Position numbers and translations under genes: made by a program. Shown one piece after another: positions 35,614 to 45,107 of a stretch of 51,040 bases of DNA (the first letter of the stretch is position 1; the number at the start of each line of letters is the position of its first letter). Location: IMG/VR virus record IMGVR_UViG_3300020410_000017, positions 1 through 51,040 of that record; one strand, written 5' to 3'. The DNA is from a virus (taxonomy: Duplodnaviria > Caudoviricetes). The notes under the pieces were generated by a model. It searched no databases and had not been told where the DNA came from. It saw nothing but the letters and a program-made list of their open reading frames with translations.

Positions 35614-38599
35614 CCAAAAAGCCAAAAAAGAGATTGCAAAATTTTTAGGTTTTTTAAAGTCTTTGGATGGGGGGAATTATCATGAGGTCAGGTTTTTGGG
35701 GGCCAAAAAAGAGAGAAGGCCCAGTGGATATTACAATCATTCAAATCACGATTTGCTATTTCATGAAATAAATCGGCTGGATGCTGCTTCTGGATCTTAC
35801 ATAACAATTAATGCGGTAAAAAAGGGCATTGAAAAGCGGTCCCTTGGTCGTTCTGCCCGTGGCGTGAGCATTGAAGATGATGATATCGATCAAATAAGCT
35901 TTATTTTTATAGATATAGATCCAGAGCGGGCGGCAGGAAAAAAGAAACATTGCTCAACCGAGGAAGAGAAAAAATCAGCAAACAAAGTGGCCTATGCGGT
36001 GATCGAATATTTAGATCAACAGGGCTGGCCAGAGCCAGCATGCTTAAATGATTCTGGAAACGGCTATCATATTTTTTACGCTTGTAAATTTCCTATTGGC
36101 TTTTCCCATACCATTCAGGACTTGCTTACTGTTTTGTCCTACAAGCTTGAAACTGCTGACGCAAAAATAGACAAGTCCGTATTCAACCCTGGCCGGATCG
36201 TTAGGATTCCTGGCACCGTAAATGCCAAGGGCGACAACACCCCTGATAGGCCTCATCGGGTATGTAAAAATCTTGTTTACAATGAGTCCCCTCAGCGCGT
36301 TACAGCGCCGATGGTGGAAAAAATTGCGAACATGCTCCCACAAATAAAAGAATTTCATACGCCAAAAGTTATCAATAAAAGCTCTGCAACGATAGATGAG
36401 ATAGAAGAAAAATCCAACATCAGAATAACAAACAAGGCTCACCCAGCGGTTAGTGGCGGTGATTTGGTTTATAAGTTTGCATGCCCAGAGTGCGACAACA
36501 CGGATGTCTCTGGATACATAAGAATGACCGATGCGGGCTTTGCTTATAAGTGTTTTCATAATACTTGCAATGTCAGCACTTCTAAGTTTGCTAAAAAATA
36601 CGGCATTAAAATGAGCCATGAAAGCCCACCGAAGGGCGAGAGCGATGATATGTTGTCGCGAGTGTGGTCTGGCAGCAAATACAATGGCCAGTTCGGCCTG
36701 CGGCTCCCTGATGGCTATGTGTGGGAGGATGGCGGCCTGAAGGTTATGGATGGTCGCCAGGTTAAAGAAATCACACGCCAGCCCATGTACTTTGGTGCCA
36801 TACTGGAGGATATTGAGCTTGGCACCGAAAATGTGCAGCTTTGCTGGTATAAGCGTCGTCGCTGGAACATGCGCGTTGTCGCTCGCGAAGACCTTATGAA
36901 CAGGGCCAAGCTCGTCGGGCTTTCCTCTATGGGGCTCGGCGCGGGCTCCGACAATGCTACGATGCTAACGCACTATTTTAGAAGGTTTGAGGAGCAAAAC
37001 GAAGGAAATTTAAAGTTTGGCACCACAAGCCGAAAAATGGGGTGGAAAACCATTGACGAAAAAAAGGGCTTTTTGCTTGGTGGTCGATATATTTCCGAAG
37101 ACTCCGAGTCTCAAGCCGCCGACCTGTCAAGTGTTCCCGCAAAGGACTGGCCAAAGAACTGTGTGTCATACATGCCGAGTGATGCTGGCGACAAGCAGCA
37201 GGCCGAGTCGATAAGGTCTATGGGAAACAGCGCCGCTTGGGCCGATGCGATGAGCTGGGCAGTAAAGCACCCCAATCTTCTCATAATGATTCTTGCGTCT
37301 TTCTCCTCTCCCTTGTTGCGGGTTTTTAACCAAAGCGGTTTTACGTTGGATTTTTGCAATAAAACTTCAACTGGGAAAACCACTGGATTGAATTTTGCGG
37401 CATCGGTATGGGGGAACCCAGACACAAACGCGAGCGGGTCTTTAATAAAGGGATGGGACAGCACCACCAACAGTGTCGAGCGCGTTGCGGCATGCAGAAC
37501 CGATTTGCCAATGTTTATGGATGACACAAAAACGGCGCGAAGCCCTGAAGATGTCGCACGAACGGTGTTTAAGCTGGCCAATGGCCATGGCCGTGGCCGC
37601 GCCACCATAACCGGACTGGCGAGAGAAATAAGCTTTTTAAATATAACTATTTCCACTGGTGAAGATCCCATTTCAGAATCAGCCCCCTATGGCGGCCTGG
37701 ATGCGCGAAACCTTGAAATATCAGGGCCCATGTTTACCGAGGAATCAAATGCTTTTGCTCATGAGATCGAGGAAAACAAGCAGCAAATAATGGAAAATTA
37801 CGGCTGGGGCGGCCCTGCACTTTTGTCTTATCTTCTCTCGAACAAAGATAGGTGGTCTGAGTGGCGAGAGCTTAGAAAAAAAATCGCCACGAAACTAAAA
37901 ACCCGTCAGGACAACGTGCTGAACCGGCTTGCGAAAAACATGTCCGTTGTCTGGGCTGGTGGGGAAATCATCAGAGAGGCTGGCATTCTTGATGTCACAG
38001 AAAAACAAATTGAAGATGCCATCCTTGGCATTTGGAATGTCTGCATCGAAAACAAAGATCGCACCGAAATGGATATCTCTGCTTTGCGTTGTGCAACCCA
38101 ATTCCTTGCCGCATGGCCCGACCAGGTATTAATTAAGGATGTTGACAGGGAAGGAAAATGGGATGCCACCCTTGCCGACCCAGACGGGCAGGTTGGCATG
38201 TACACCCGCCCAGGCAAGAAGATCGCAAGAATTGATATCAAGAAAGGCGAAGTCATTAAAATATCCATCGAGGGCGGTGCTTTCGACAAGCACCTGGCAA
38301 GCCATAAGTATGTCTCCAGTCAAATAAAGAAGCAGTGGCGGGACCGTGGATGGATCGATGCCCCCAAGGGAAGACTTACGAAACCAACATTTTTAAGCAA
38401 GCATCACCGCCCGCATTGCGTGGTCATAAATAAAGAGGCATGCGAGCTTATTGATATTTATGGCGATGCAGACAAGCAAGAGCGCGAACGCCTATACTCT
38501 CAAAAATCACAGCAAGATCATTTTTCTGATGCCCGCAGGCGCTTAGACCTGGGCTCTGTGACCGAAGAAGAGAACGAAGAAACGCTCGGGTACTACTAA
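35597..38599 (+). CDS. Primase-helicase: AEP-type primase + Zn finger + DUF927 helicase
   Basis: FIDID, SGNGYH, RIVRIPGT (AEP-like); CPEC..CFHNTC; TSTGKTT Walker A; LANGHGRGR, ISTGE (DUF927). Confidence 0.85.
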   Translation: MGQNLDQKAKKEIAKFLGFLKSLDGGNYHEVRFLGAKKERRPSGYYNHSNHDLLFHEINRLDAASGSYITINAVKKGIEKRSLGRSARGVSIEDDDIDQISFIFIDIDPERAAGKKKHCSTEEEKKSANKVAYAVIEYLDQQGWPEPACLNDSGNGYHIFYACKFPIGFSHTIQDLLTVLSYKLETADAKIDKSVFNPGRIVRIPGTVNAKGDNTPDRPHRVCKNLVYNESPQRVTAPMVEKIANMLPQIKEFHTPKVINKSSATIDEIEEKSNIRITNKAHPAVSGGDLVYKFACPECDNTDVSGYIRMTDAGFAYKCFHNTCNVSTSKFAKKYGIKMSHESPPKGESDDMLSRVWSGSKYNGQFGLRLPDGYVWEDGGLKVMDGRQVKEITRQPMYFGAILEDIELGTENVQLCWYKRRRWNMRVVAREDLMNRAKLVGLSSMGLGAGSDNATMLTHYFRRFEEQNEGNLKFGTTSRKMGWKTIDEKKGFLLGGRYISEDSESQAADLSSVPAKDWPKNCVSYMPSDAGDKQQAESIRSMGNSAAWADAMSWAVKHPNLLIMILASFSSPLLRVFNQSGFTLDFCNKTSTGKTTGLNFAASVWGNPDTNASGSLIKGWDSTTNSVERVAACRTDLPMFMDDTKTARSPEDVARTVFKLANGHGRGRATITGLAREISFLNITISTGEDPISESAPYGGLDARNLEISGPMFTEESNAFAHEIEENKQQIMENYGWGGPALLSYLLSNKDRWSEWRELRKKIATKLKTRQDNVLNRLAKNMSVVWAGGEIIREAGILDVTEKQIEDAILGIWNVCIENKDRTEMDISALRCATQFLAAWPDQVLIKDVDREGKWDATLADPDGQVGMYTRPGKKIARIDIKKGEVIKISIEGGAFDKHLASHKYVSSQIKKQWRDRGWIDAPKGRLTKPTFLSKHHRPHCVVINKEACELIDIYGDADKQERERLYSQKSQQDHFSDARRRLDLGSVTEEENEETLGYY

Positions 38600-39018
38600 T
38601 GGTTAAGAGAATAAAGCATGGTGGGCGATACCACTTCATGGAGGACTTTGTTGGTGCATTTTTATCTTTTGGCTCAGCGGGATTGATTAAAAAAATAAAA
38701 GAGTGGCCCTGGCCAAAGCAGAAAAAAATTGTTGATGCTGTAATTACGGAAACAATGGATTTTGCGGCCAAGCGCGAGCTGCACAATTTAGATGTCTGGT
38801 ACGAGAAGAAACAAATATTGCATGATAGACCAAAAAGGCTTCCCAAGATCGGAGAAAACCGATACTACAAGTCCACAAGAAAAAAGGACTCGAAGTATGT
38901 ATACTTGAGAATTCCTGTAAATCTTTATTCAGATGAGGGAGGGGGATTTTTTAAGGTCTCCTATAAGGATGAAAAAATAACCATAACAAAGGTTGAGGGA
39001 GATATTTATGCCGAATGA
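38599..39018 (+). CDS. Hypothetical protein
   Basis: 139 aa; TAATG coupling. Confidence 0.65.
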   Translation: MVKRIKHGGRYHFMEDFVGAFLSFGSAGLIKKIKEWPWPKQKKIVDAVITETMDFAAKRELHNLDVWYEKKQILHDRPKRLPKIGENRYYKSTRKKDSKYVYLRIPVNLYSDEGGGFFKVSYKDEKITITKVEGDIYAE

Positions 39019-39319
39019 CAATGCAAAACACGAAGTTCTTACGTTTTTTCACTTGCTGCTGCACAATGGGCAGGCCCGATGCAGTGGGGATGGTGAATTG
39101 ATTCAATTTTTAAGCGATTTTACCGAGGCCGTGGGGTGTGGTTTTTCAAAGCACATTGAGATGATTAAAGATATATATGGCCGAGAAATGGCCGTCCATA
39201 TGCTTATGTCTTTTGTTAATGATGCATGCGCTTTGGATTCCGATTTTTGGGAAATGTTGTTTGATGCCCAGGAGCGAATTTCTGGCGCAAACAACGAAAA
39301 AGAAGAACATGTCAACTAA
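39008..39319 (+). CDS. Hypothetical protein
   Basis: GGGAG RBS before ATG 39008. Confidence 0.65.
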   Translation: MPNDNAKHEVLTFFHLLLHNGQARCSGDGELIQFLSDFTEAVGCGFSKHIEMIKDIYGREMAVHMLMSFVNDACALDSDFWEMLFDAQERISGANNEKEEHVN

Positions 39320-39331
39320 AGGAGAGAGAAT

Positions 39332-39685
39332 ATGTCTAGTGTTAATAATGTAGTGCTTGTTGGGAATCTAGGGCAAGACCCGAAGATCCATGATGGCGCG
39401 ATCAAGATTGCTAATTTTAGTATCGCCACCAATGAATTTGTAAAGAAAGAAAAGACCACCGAATGGCACAAGATCGTTGCCTTCGGGAAAACCGCTGAGA
39501 TTTTAGAGGCTTACGCAAAAAAAGGCACAAAGCTTGGAATTATTGGGCGGTTAAGCCAGCGTTCCTATGAAAAAGACGGCCAGACCATATACACTACTGA
39601 GGTATTGGCGAACAGCGTGCAGCTTTTATCCCCTAAAGGCCAGGACTCTGGCAGCTCAAGCAACAGTAATGATATCCCTTTTTAG
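39332..39685 (+). CDS. ssb: Single-stranded DNA-binding protein
   Basis: VNNVVLVGNLGQDP, TEWH, GRL, YTTEV; C-terminal DIPF. Confidence 0.95.
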   Translation: MSSVNNVVLVGNLGQDPKIHDGAIKIANFSIATNEFVKKEKTTEWHKIVAFGKTAEILEAYAKKGTKLGIIGRLSQRSYEKDGQTIYTTEVLANSVQLLSPKGQDSGSSSNSNDIPF

Positions 39686-39724
39686 GCGGCCCGTTGCATG
39701 TGCCACGGCCCGCAGGAGTAGGTC

Positions 39725-39973
39725 GTGGCGCAAACCCTAAAAGAACGAGTGGACGAATTAGAAGAAAAAAACGAGTCCATTGAAAGAGACCTAGAGCACC
39801 TAACGATACGGGCCGAGAGTCTCGAAGAACAACAGCAACCAATACTTGAAAAACTAGCAGCCTATAAGGAATTTGAAGGCCGGATCGATGGGGGTCTTAC
39901 GGCGTTAAAATGGCTTGCTGGAATTTTAACTTTCTTAGCCACACTGGGTCACTGCATTCCTATTGAATATTAA
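39725..39973 (+). CDS. Coiled-coil protein with C-terminal TM helix
   Basis: 82 aa; AGGAG RBS; GTG start. Confidence 0.6.
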   Translation: MAQTLKERVDELEEKNESIERDLEHLTIRAESLEEQQQPILEKLAAYKEFEGRIDGGLTALKWLAGILTFLATLGHCIPIEY

Positions 39974-39982
39974 GGAGAAAGC

Positions 39983-40684
39983 ATGACCTGGACACTGAAA
40001 CACGGAGACTGGCGCGACCAGCTCTCTGACGTTGAAGAAGTTGACGCAATTATCACAGATCCACCATTTGGAGCCCGCACCCACAAGGGCGATGTGGCTG
40101 CTGCGGTGCAGCAAAAATCGGCAACGGGCCAAGATATGCGCAGGCCTATATCGTATAAGCATTTTCACCCAGCAGATGTTTTTGAATTTGTTTACGCATG
40201 GCAAAATAGAAACAAGGGCTGGTGGATTTGCATCACTTCGCATGATTTAATTCCCGTTTGGGAGCAGGCCTTCAGAGAAATCGGACTGTACTCGTTCGCT
40301 CCGCTGCCGTTTATTCGCAAAGTGCCGAGGCTTTTGGGCGACGGCCCTGCGTCATGGGCTGATTACATTATGGCGGCGCGACCAAGAAACATTAACTACA
40401 GCAGATGGGGATGCAGGCCTGGTGCGTACGTGCTTGAGAAAGGCCACTACGAGCGTAAAAAGATCGCGGTAGGGGGCAAGCCCATCTGGTTGATGAAAAA
40501 GCTTGTAGAGGACTACACGAAGCCTGGCGACACCGTGTGCGATCCCTTTGCGGGCGGTGCCACAACGCTTGCCGCCGCAACCATGCTTGGACGAAAATCC
40601 ATAGGCTGTGAAATGAGGGAGGAAATTTATCAAAAAGCCCTGGAGCGACTTTCGGCTGTTACGGTTGAGCCCGAAGCCGCATGA
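39983..40684 (+). CDS. Orphan DNA methyltransferase (N6A/N4C, beta class)
   Basis: ITDPPF motif IV before DPFAGGAT motif I; KP..LM; no cognate restriction enzyme seen. Confidence 0.88.
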   Translation: MTWTLKHGDWRDQLSDVEEVDAIITDPPFGARTHKGDVAAAVQQKSATGQDMRRPISYKHFHPADVFEFVYAWQNRNKGWWICITSHDLIPVWEQAFREIGLYSFAPLPFIRKVPRLLGDGPASWADYIMAARPRNINYSRWGCRPGAYVLEKGHYERKKIAVGGKPIWLMKKLVEDYTKPGDTVCDPFAGGATTLAAATMLGRKSIGCEMREEIYQKALERLSAVTVEPEAA

Positions 40685-41148
40685 TTATTGCAAGCTTCGA
40701 TCCTGGCGCAAAAACAGGATTCTGCGTTCGCGAGGATAAAGATGTTTTAATTTCCGGCACCGAGGGCCGTGAAAAAGCAGTCCAAATCGTCAGAAATTAC
40801 ATCGAGCCTGCCGCTGTTGACATCGTAGTCATTGAGGGGGCCTATGTACCCATGCAGTCGGCGGGTTATATAAGCGGGATCCTAAAGCTTTGCAAAACAG
40901 CCGGATTTATTGAGGGGTATTGCTATTCTTACTGGCGTGACGCGCTCGTATGGCGGCCTCTGCCCACACAATGGCGTGCAGCATTAGGCCTACGCCCAAA
41001 GAACAGAGATGAGGCAAAAGAGGTCGTTCTGGCCTGGGCCGAAGAACACGTCGGGCGGAAGATTGAAGGCCCGAGAGGTGGCGCGGCTCATGATGAGGCC
41101 GAAGCGATTGCGATGGGCGCTGCCGCATTTATAAAGTTCCTAAATTAG
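40681..41148 (+). CDS. RuvC-like Holliday junction resolvase
   Basis: SFDPG..TG, VVIE, P.QWR, HDEAEAIAM. Confidence 0.75.
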   Translation: MIIASFDPGAKTGFCVREDKDVLISGTEGREKAVQIVRNYIEPAAVDIVVIEGAYVPMQSAGYISGILKLCKTAGFIEGYCYSYWRDALVWRPLPTQWRAALGLRPKNRDEAKEVVLAWAEEHVGRKIEGPRGGAAHDEAEAIAMGAAAFIKFLN

Positions 41149-41298
41149 ATAGCCGCATTCTATGAGCTTTTCTTTGTATTGTGCGTTTTGCTGCATAATG
41201 GTTCTCATTACTTCTTTGCATAAAATTGCTTCCGTATGGGCTTTTTCGGCTTTTTTTTCAACTTTTCTAAGCCTTGCCTCAATTTCCTGATGGGTCAT
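41140..41298 (-). CDS. Small coiled-coil protein (not in ORF track)
   Basis: MTHQEIEARLRKVEKKAEKAH...CGYLI*, 52 aa; GAGG upstream. Confidence 0.5.
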   Translation of the reverse strand: MTHQEIEARLRKVEKKAEKAHTEAILCKEVMRTIMQQNAQYKEKLIECGYLI

Positions 41299-41305
41299 GC
41301 GTGCC

Positions 41306-41821
41306 TCAATAATTTAAAGTTTTTGTTTCAAGATCTTTATGAAACCCACAGTATACGCAACTGTAGTATTTTTCTTTATACCCCACTGCCAAGTGCAAAC
41401 CCATTGAATTGCACTTGGGGCATATTTTCTTAGATCCAGATCTTGAAACCGGCCCGCCAGCGACGTGTCCATAGCTTATTGATTTTTCATCCTTATATGT
41501 TTTTATGCATACAATATTGCTTTTTTTTCGTGGTGTCTCCTCGGCTTTTCTTGGGTATTTTTTTTTAATTTCTTGAACCCTGAATGGGTGCAGCAAGGCC
41601 ATGACCCGATCTAGGGATAAGACCTCTTCGCCCGCCGCGATGCCGATGCGCTCCACCGCCTCTTCTCGGGCCGTTACGTCAGGATCTTTTTTGTATCCTC
41701 TCTTCATTTGAATATTGTAAGAGGCAAACTCCCTGGCAATTGCTGGAGTTTCTTTTTGGTTTTTTTCGGACAATAAAATTGCGTTTAAAATTTTCTTGGC
41801 CAAGGCCTGGCGTGCGGTCAT
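41306..41821 (-). CDS. Hypothetical protein with C-terminal Zn ribbon
   Basis: CPKC...CVYCG; start 41821 after GGAG. Confidence 0.65.
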   Translation of the reverse strand: MTARQALAKKILNAILLSEKNQKETPAIAREFASYNIQMKRGYKKDPDVTAREEAVERIGIAAGEEVLSLDRVMALLHPFRVQEIKKKYPRKAEETPRKKSNIVCIKTYKDEKSISYGHVAGGPVSRSGSKKICPKCNSMGLHLAVGYKEKYYSCVYCGFHKDLETKTLNY

Positions 41822-42036
41822 TGCTCCCCCTCCGGCCTTTCGGCGCAAGAATGTATTTTTACGTCTGCAAGCCCGCAGTGTTCACATTTTAGTTTTATGC
41901 CGCATCGTTGGCAATTTAGCTCTGGTGCGCCACCAAACAGGCTGCATGTAAAGCACCGGTCAACACCGTTGGACATTTTCTTAGGTTTCAAATCTGCCTC
42001 TGCTGGACTCCCCATTTCTTTTCTTATCATAGCCAT
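41818..42036 (-). CDS. Small multi-CxxC Zn-finger protein
   Basis: CFTC, CQRC, CEHC; start inferred within ORF 41818-42255. Confidence 0.55.
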   Translation of the reverse strand: MAMIRKEMGSPAEADLKPKKMSNGVDRCFTCSLFGGAPELNCQRCGIKLKCEHCGLADVKIHSCAERPEGEQ

Positions 42037-42040
42037 TGCC

Positions 42041-42319
42041 CTATGAGAATGTTTCGGAGGCCGGATCGTAAAACCCGATGATTTGATATCCGCCTTCTGA
42101 TACGTAAGAAAAACGAGCAATCGTAACAACACACCCCTTAAATGGCTCCAGGATGTGGCGCGAACAAGAGTCTTTAATCTTCTTAATAAGATCTGAAACA
42201 TTAATTTTGTACGCAGTCTCGCTTTTTCCACTAAACGGTATTCCAAGTTCTTCACAAGTATCTTTTGTGAAAAAAAACACCATGCTCAGATATTCATCTC
42301 GAAACTCTGGTCTATCCAT
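42041..42319 (-). CDS. Hypothetical protein
   Basis: 92 aa ORF in the operon. Confidence 0.55.
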   Translation of the reverse strand: MDRPEFRDEYLSMVFFFTKDTCEELGIPFSGKSETAYKINVSDLIKKIKDSCSRHILEPFKGCVVTIARFSYVSEGGYQIIGFYDPASETFS

Positions 42320-42519
42320 TTCTCAACCTCTTCTTTTGTTGTCATGTATGGTGCAGCGCCACGCCCGTGACCAAGCCGGATGGCCCTAAGCTTCCCTGCT
42401 TTTATGGCTGTTATTACCTGGCGCTTATTAAGAAAAGAATATTCTTTTTCAATATCCGATGTGGACAGGCCGTTCTCTTCAATTTCTCTTAAAAACTCAA
42501 TCTTTTCATTTTTTGACAT
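42286..42519 (-). CDS. Excisionase-like/HTH_17 DNA-binding protein
   Basis: LNKRQVITAIKAGKLRAIRLG...YMTTKEEVEKWI winged-HTH pattern; GAGGAG RBS. Confidence 0.65.
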   Translation of the reverse strand: MSKNEKIEFLREIEENGLSTSDIEKEYSFLNKRQVITAIKAGKLRAIRLGHGRGAAPYMTTKEEVEKWIDQSFEMNI

Positions 42520-42520
42520 A

Positions 42521-42823
42521 TTAACACTCCTCAAAATAAAGGGGATTTATCCACCACAGGGCCAGTTCGCCCTCATCGTTTATGCTTACGTTTATGAGCT
42601 TGTCCCCAGAGGACACATTTATGCGCCCGCCGTTTATGGTCGCGTCGAGACCGGTTTCCTCTATGAATTTTTTAGCAACAGACTCTTTCCTGAAGCAACA
42701 CATAAAGCCGTTGTGCCTGGAAATTATATCTCTTACATTTGAAGAATGAATTGGCATCGCCTGCACTTGAGTCTCTTGCCTTGGCAGCATATCCATCCGA
42801 AACGAATCAGTTAAAAATAACAT
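42521..42823 (-). CDS. DUF1874/STIV B116/AcrIII-1-like protein, catalytic motif degenerate
   Basis: LFLTDSFRMDML...ESVA...ETG....N...INVSSGDKL pattern matches DUF1874 by eye; GH motif replaced by RK. Confidence 0.55.
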   Translation of the reverse strand: MLFLTDSFRMDMLPRQETQVQAMPIHSSNVRDIISRHNGFMCCFRKESVAKKFIEETGLDATINGGRINVSSGDKLINVSINDEGELALWWINPLYFEEC

Positions 42824-43151
42824 CTATTCTCTCCCCTTGAAAAAGCCACTCGGCAACAACCCCAGAACCCTCCTGGGATATATCTACCGAGCGCCACTGG
42901 ACATTGAAAACACCCAGCTCGTTTGAATGTAGAACGAATTGGTTGCCTGGTATTTTTAGCAACACGCCACGGTCTACAAAACTCTCTTTGCACAAATCGG
43001 CAACCTCAAAAACAAAAGCATATCGACTGCTGTCATCAACAGAAAAAGAAACCAAGTCGCACCTATCAGCCGACTGAAAAAATGACACAGGATACCTGTC
43101 TTGAAGATTGGCGGCCTTGGGGTTCATGTAACAAAAAATCTCTGCGTCCAT
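42807..43151 (-). CDS. Hypothetical protein
   Basis: 114 aa ORF in the operon. Confidence 0.55.
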   Translation of the reverse strand: MDAEIFCYMNPKAANLQDRYPVSFFQSADRCDLVSFSVDDSSRYAFVFEVADLCKESFVDRGVLLKIPGNQFVLHSNELGVFNVQWRSVDISQEGSGVVAEWLFQGERIDVIFN

Positions 43152-43152
43152 A

Positions 43153-43605
43153 TTATTTCCCGTAAACCCACATCATCAACACATGCTGCTCTGGCGATAG
43201 CGCTACCTTCAAATTGACACCGAATGAGGTCTTCAGAATGGGGGGGTGCTGATATGCCGCGCAAAGCTCTCGATGGGTGACTAGCTTGTCATCTTGAACG
43301 TATTTCTTGGCAAATTTTTCTGTTTTCATTATGCGGTCTTTTTCGCGCCAGAAAAATATTGAAGCACCGTATGTTTTGCTTTCTTCGTCTTGAAAAATAT
43401 CTGGTGAATATGCGCTGCACCGCCACCACCACGATTCCTGTTTCAGCTTGGTGCCGGTTACCCGCTTGGGTATTTTAAAGGATTTAATGATAATGCTTCC
43501 TTCCTCGAAGTCCACATTGGTGCGCAGGGCCCTGCTTATGACCTCTTGAGGGAAGTCGCCGTAGCGCTCGGTAAACTCCATTACATTTTCAATCATGCTA
43601 CTCAT
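43153..43605 (-). CDS. Hypothetical protein
   Basis: Start inferred at MSSMIEN within ORF 43153-43662. Confidence 0.55.
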   Translation of the reverse strand: MSSMIENVMEFTERYGDFPQEVISRALRTNVDFEEGSIIIKSFKIPKRVTGTKLKQESWWWRCSAYSPDIFQDEESKTYGASIFFWREKDRIMKTEKFAKKYVQDDKLVTHRELCAAYQHPPILKTSFGVNLKVALSPEQHVLMMWVYGK

Positions 43606-43819
43606 TTGGAATCCACCCAGCCCAGTAGCCAACCTCACCCTGGGCAAAATTAAAAGTTTCATACAGCGTCATGAGTTTAAGCTCGCCCCTGCTCCAGCGA
43701 ATCTCTGAGCGAACAGGCCGCAACAGCATTGTTCTTTTTCCTTTTCTCATGCGTACTTCTTTTACTTCAAGACCGAACTGTGGAATGCGAAGCTCATAAG
43801 GGTCGGTCATATTAATCAT
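43598..43819 (-). CDS. Hypothetical protein
   Basis: 73 aa ORF coupled to neighbours. Confidence 0.5.
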   Translation of the reverse strand: MINMTDPYELRIPQFGLEVKEVRMRKGKRTMLLRPVRSEIRWSRGELKLMTLYETFNFAQGEVGYWAGWIPNE

Positions 43820-44036
43820 TAAAATCGCCCCTTCTCAAGAAAAGAGTATCATCAAAATGCGTCACCACCGCATCTTTAGCGCCAATAAAATAATCACAAC
43901 TGCCATCCCTTATGGGGCTAGGCGTCAAATATTCTTGCAGGTGCCTCGGCTCGGTCTTGTACCGGTAGCAGTCGTCGCGTAGGTTGCAATTTTCGCCACG
44001 GCACAGCGGCGTATTTTTATCTACCAAGATTGCCAT
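43812..44036 (-). CDS. Conserved small Cys-rich phage protein
   Basis: C.G..C..R..CYRY...P....C.YF motif; AGGAG RBS before ATG 44036. Confidence 0.65.
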   Translation of the reverse strand: MAILVDKNTPLCRGENCNLRDDCYRYKTEPRHLQEYLTPSPIRDGSCDYFIGAKDAVVTHFDDTLFLRRGDFND

Positions 44037-44292
44037 AGTTTCTCCTGAATGACTCCATGACTTCATCGTGAATGGCTTGACAGTGGGCGTCGTTGCGGCC
44101 ATTTACAATAAAATTTCCATCTGGATACACTTCAACAACGGCGTCCTTGTATGGAACGATTCGCCGCTCACCTATATCGCCTGCAAACTTTTTCTTTATT
44201 TTTTCAATGCGCTCAATTTCTTTAATGTGCATACTGTGAGCAATTAACGCTACGACAAACATGACCGCTGAAAAATAAAAATACCATTCCAT
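44017..44292 (-). CDS. Hypothetical membrane protein
   Basis: N-terminal TM helix. Confidence 0.6.
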   Translation of the reverse strand: MEWYFYFSAVMFVVALIAHSMHIKEIERIEKIKKKFAGDIGERRIVPYKDAVVEVYPDGNFIVNGRNDAHCQAIHDEVMESFRRNYGNLGR

Positions 44293-44304
44293 AAAAACCC
44301 CTTT

Positions 44305-44859
44305 TTAGACCTCATCATAGGTCATTGCTTGTTTCATTTTATCCAGTGCTTCTTTTCTTATCATTGAAACGCCTGACTCTGTAAGATTCATGCTTTCGCC
44401 AATCTTTTTAAGGGTGTCTCCCCTGTAAAAGCTCAGCCATATTATAGAGATTTCTCTGGCGCTTAACCTAGAAAAACCAAACGCCAGTAAAAGCCTTGTG
44501 TCCACGATATCAAAACCTCGTTCCCTGGTGGGGATTTCTGTGTTTTCAACGCAAAGGCTTTCGGTCATAGGGTCAAGATCCCTGATGACATCCCCAAGAT
44601 AAAGATCTTTGCGGTGGCCAATAATTTTCTTGGCCTTTCGCACTATACGATCTTTTTTTGGGTCTTCTCGACGGATACCATCTATAATGGCGTATTTAAT
44701 TTTCCACTGAGCGTAGCTCTCAAAGCTTATGTTGCTGTTTTCTGGAGAATAAGTTTCAACGGCTTTTTGATATCCGATCCACCCGTAGCCATACAGATCT
44801 CTTTTGTTGTGCGGCAATCTCATTCTCGCAACGGTTGCCCTTATAAGCCTCATCATCAT
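44305..44859 (-). CDS. Phage RNA polymerase sigma factor, FliA/WhiG (sigma28)-like
   Basis: Region 2 DL...G.IG...AV..Y......SF.SYA...I..AI.D..RR; region 4 LSARE..II.L.FY...TLKKIG..MNLTESGVS.I...AL.KMK. Confidence 0.85.
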   Translation of the reverse strand: MMMRLIRATVARMRLPHNKRDLYGYGWIGYQKAVETYSPENSNISFESYAQWKIKYAIIDGIRREDPKKDRIVRKAKKIIGHRKDLYLGDVIRDLDPMTESLCVENTEIPTRERGFDIVDTRLLLAFGFSRLSAREISIIWLSFYRGDTLKKIGESMNLTESGVSMIRKEALDKMKQAMTYDEV

Positions 44860-45059
44860 AACAGCGCATGCCTTTCCGCGAAACATTTCGCCAAGGCCAG
44901 CGAATGATGACAGCAAAGATAATCCCATCCGCGCCCGCTGTTGCGATAAACCCAGAAACTCTTGGCCGTCGCTTCATAAATTCTATACTGACAGCCCATG
45001 ATCGATGCCGCCGCACAGCCCTTATCTGTTTTTATGTTTTGCCACGCTGTTAAGGTCAT
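44856..45059 (-). CDS. Hypothetical protein
   Basis: 67 aa; ATGA-coupled to the sigma gene. Confidence 0.5.
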   Translation of the reverse strand: MTLTAWQNIKTDKGCAAASIMGCQYRIYEATAKSFWVYRNSGRGWDYLCCHHSLALAKCFAERHALL

Positions 45060-45107
45060 TTTGTACTCTTTGCATGTTTGATCAATAAAGACAATAAACT
45101 AAGTTTT

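Noticed and set aside
7701-41148. Stop-codon reassignment
   Set aside because: Core genes are full length in the standard code and end with TAA, TAG and TGA.
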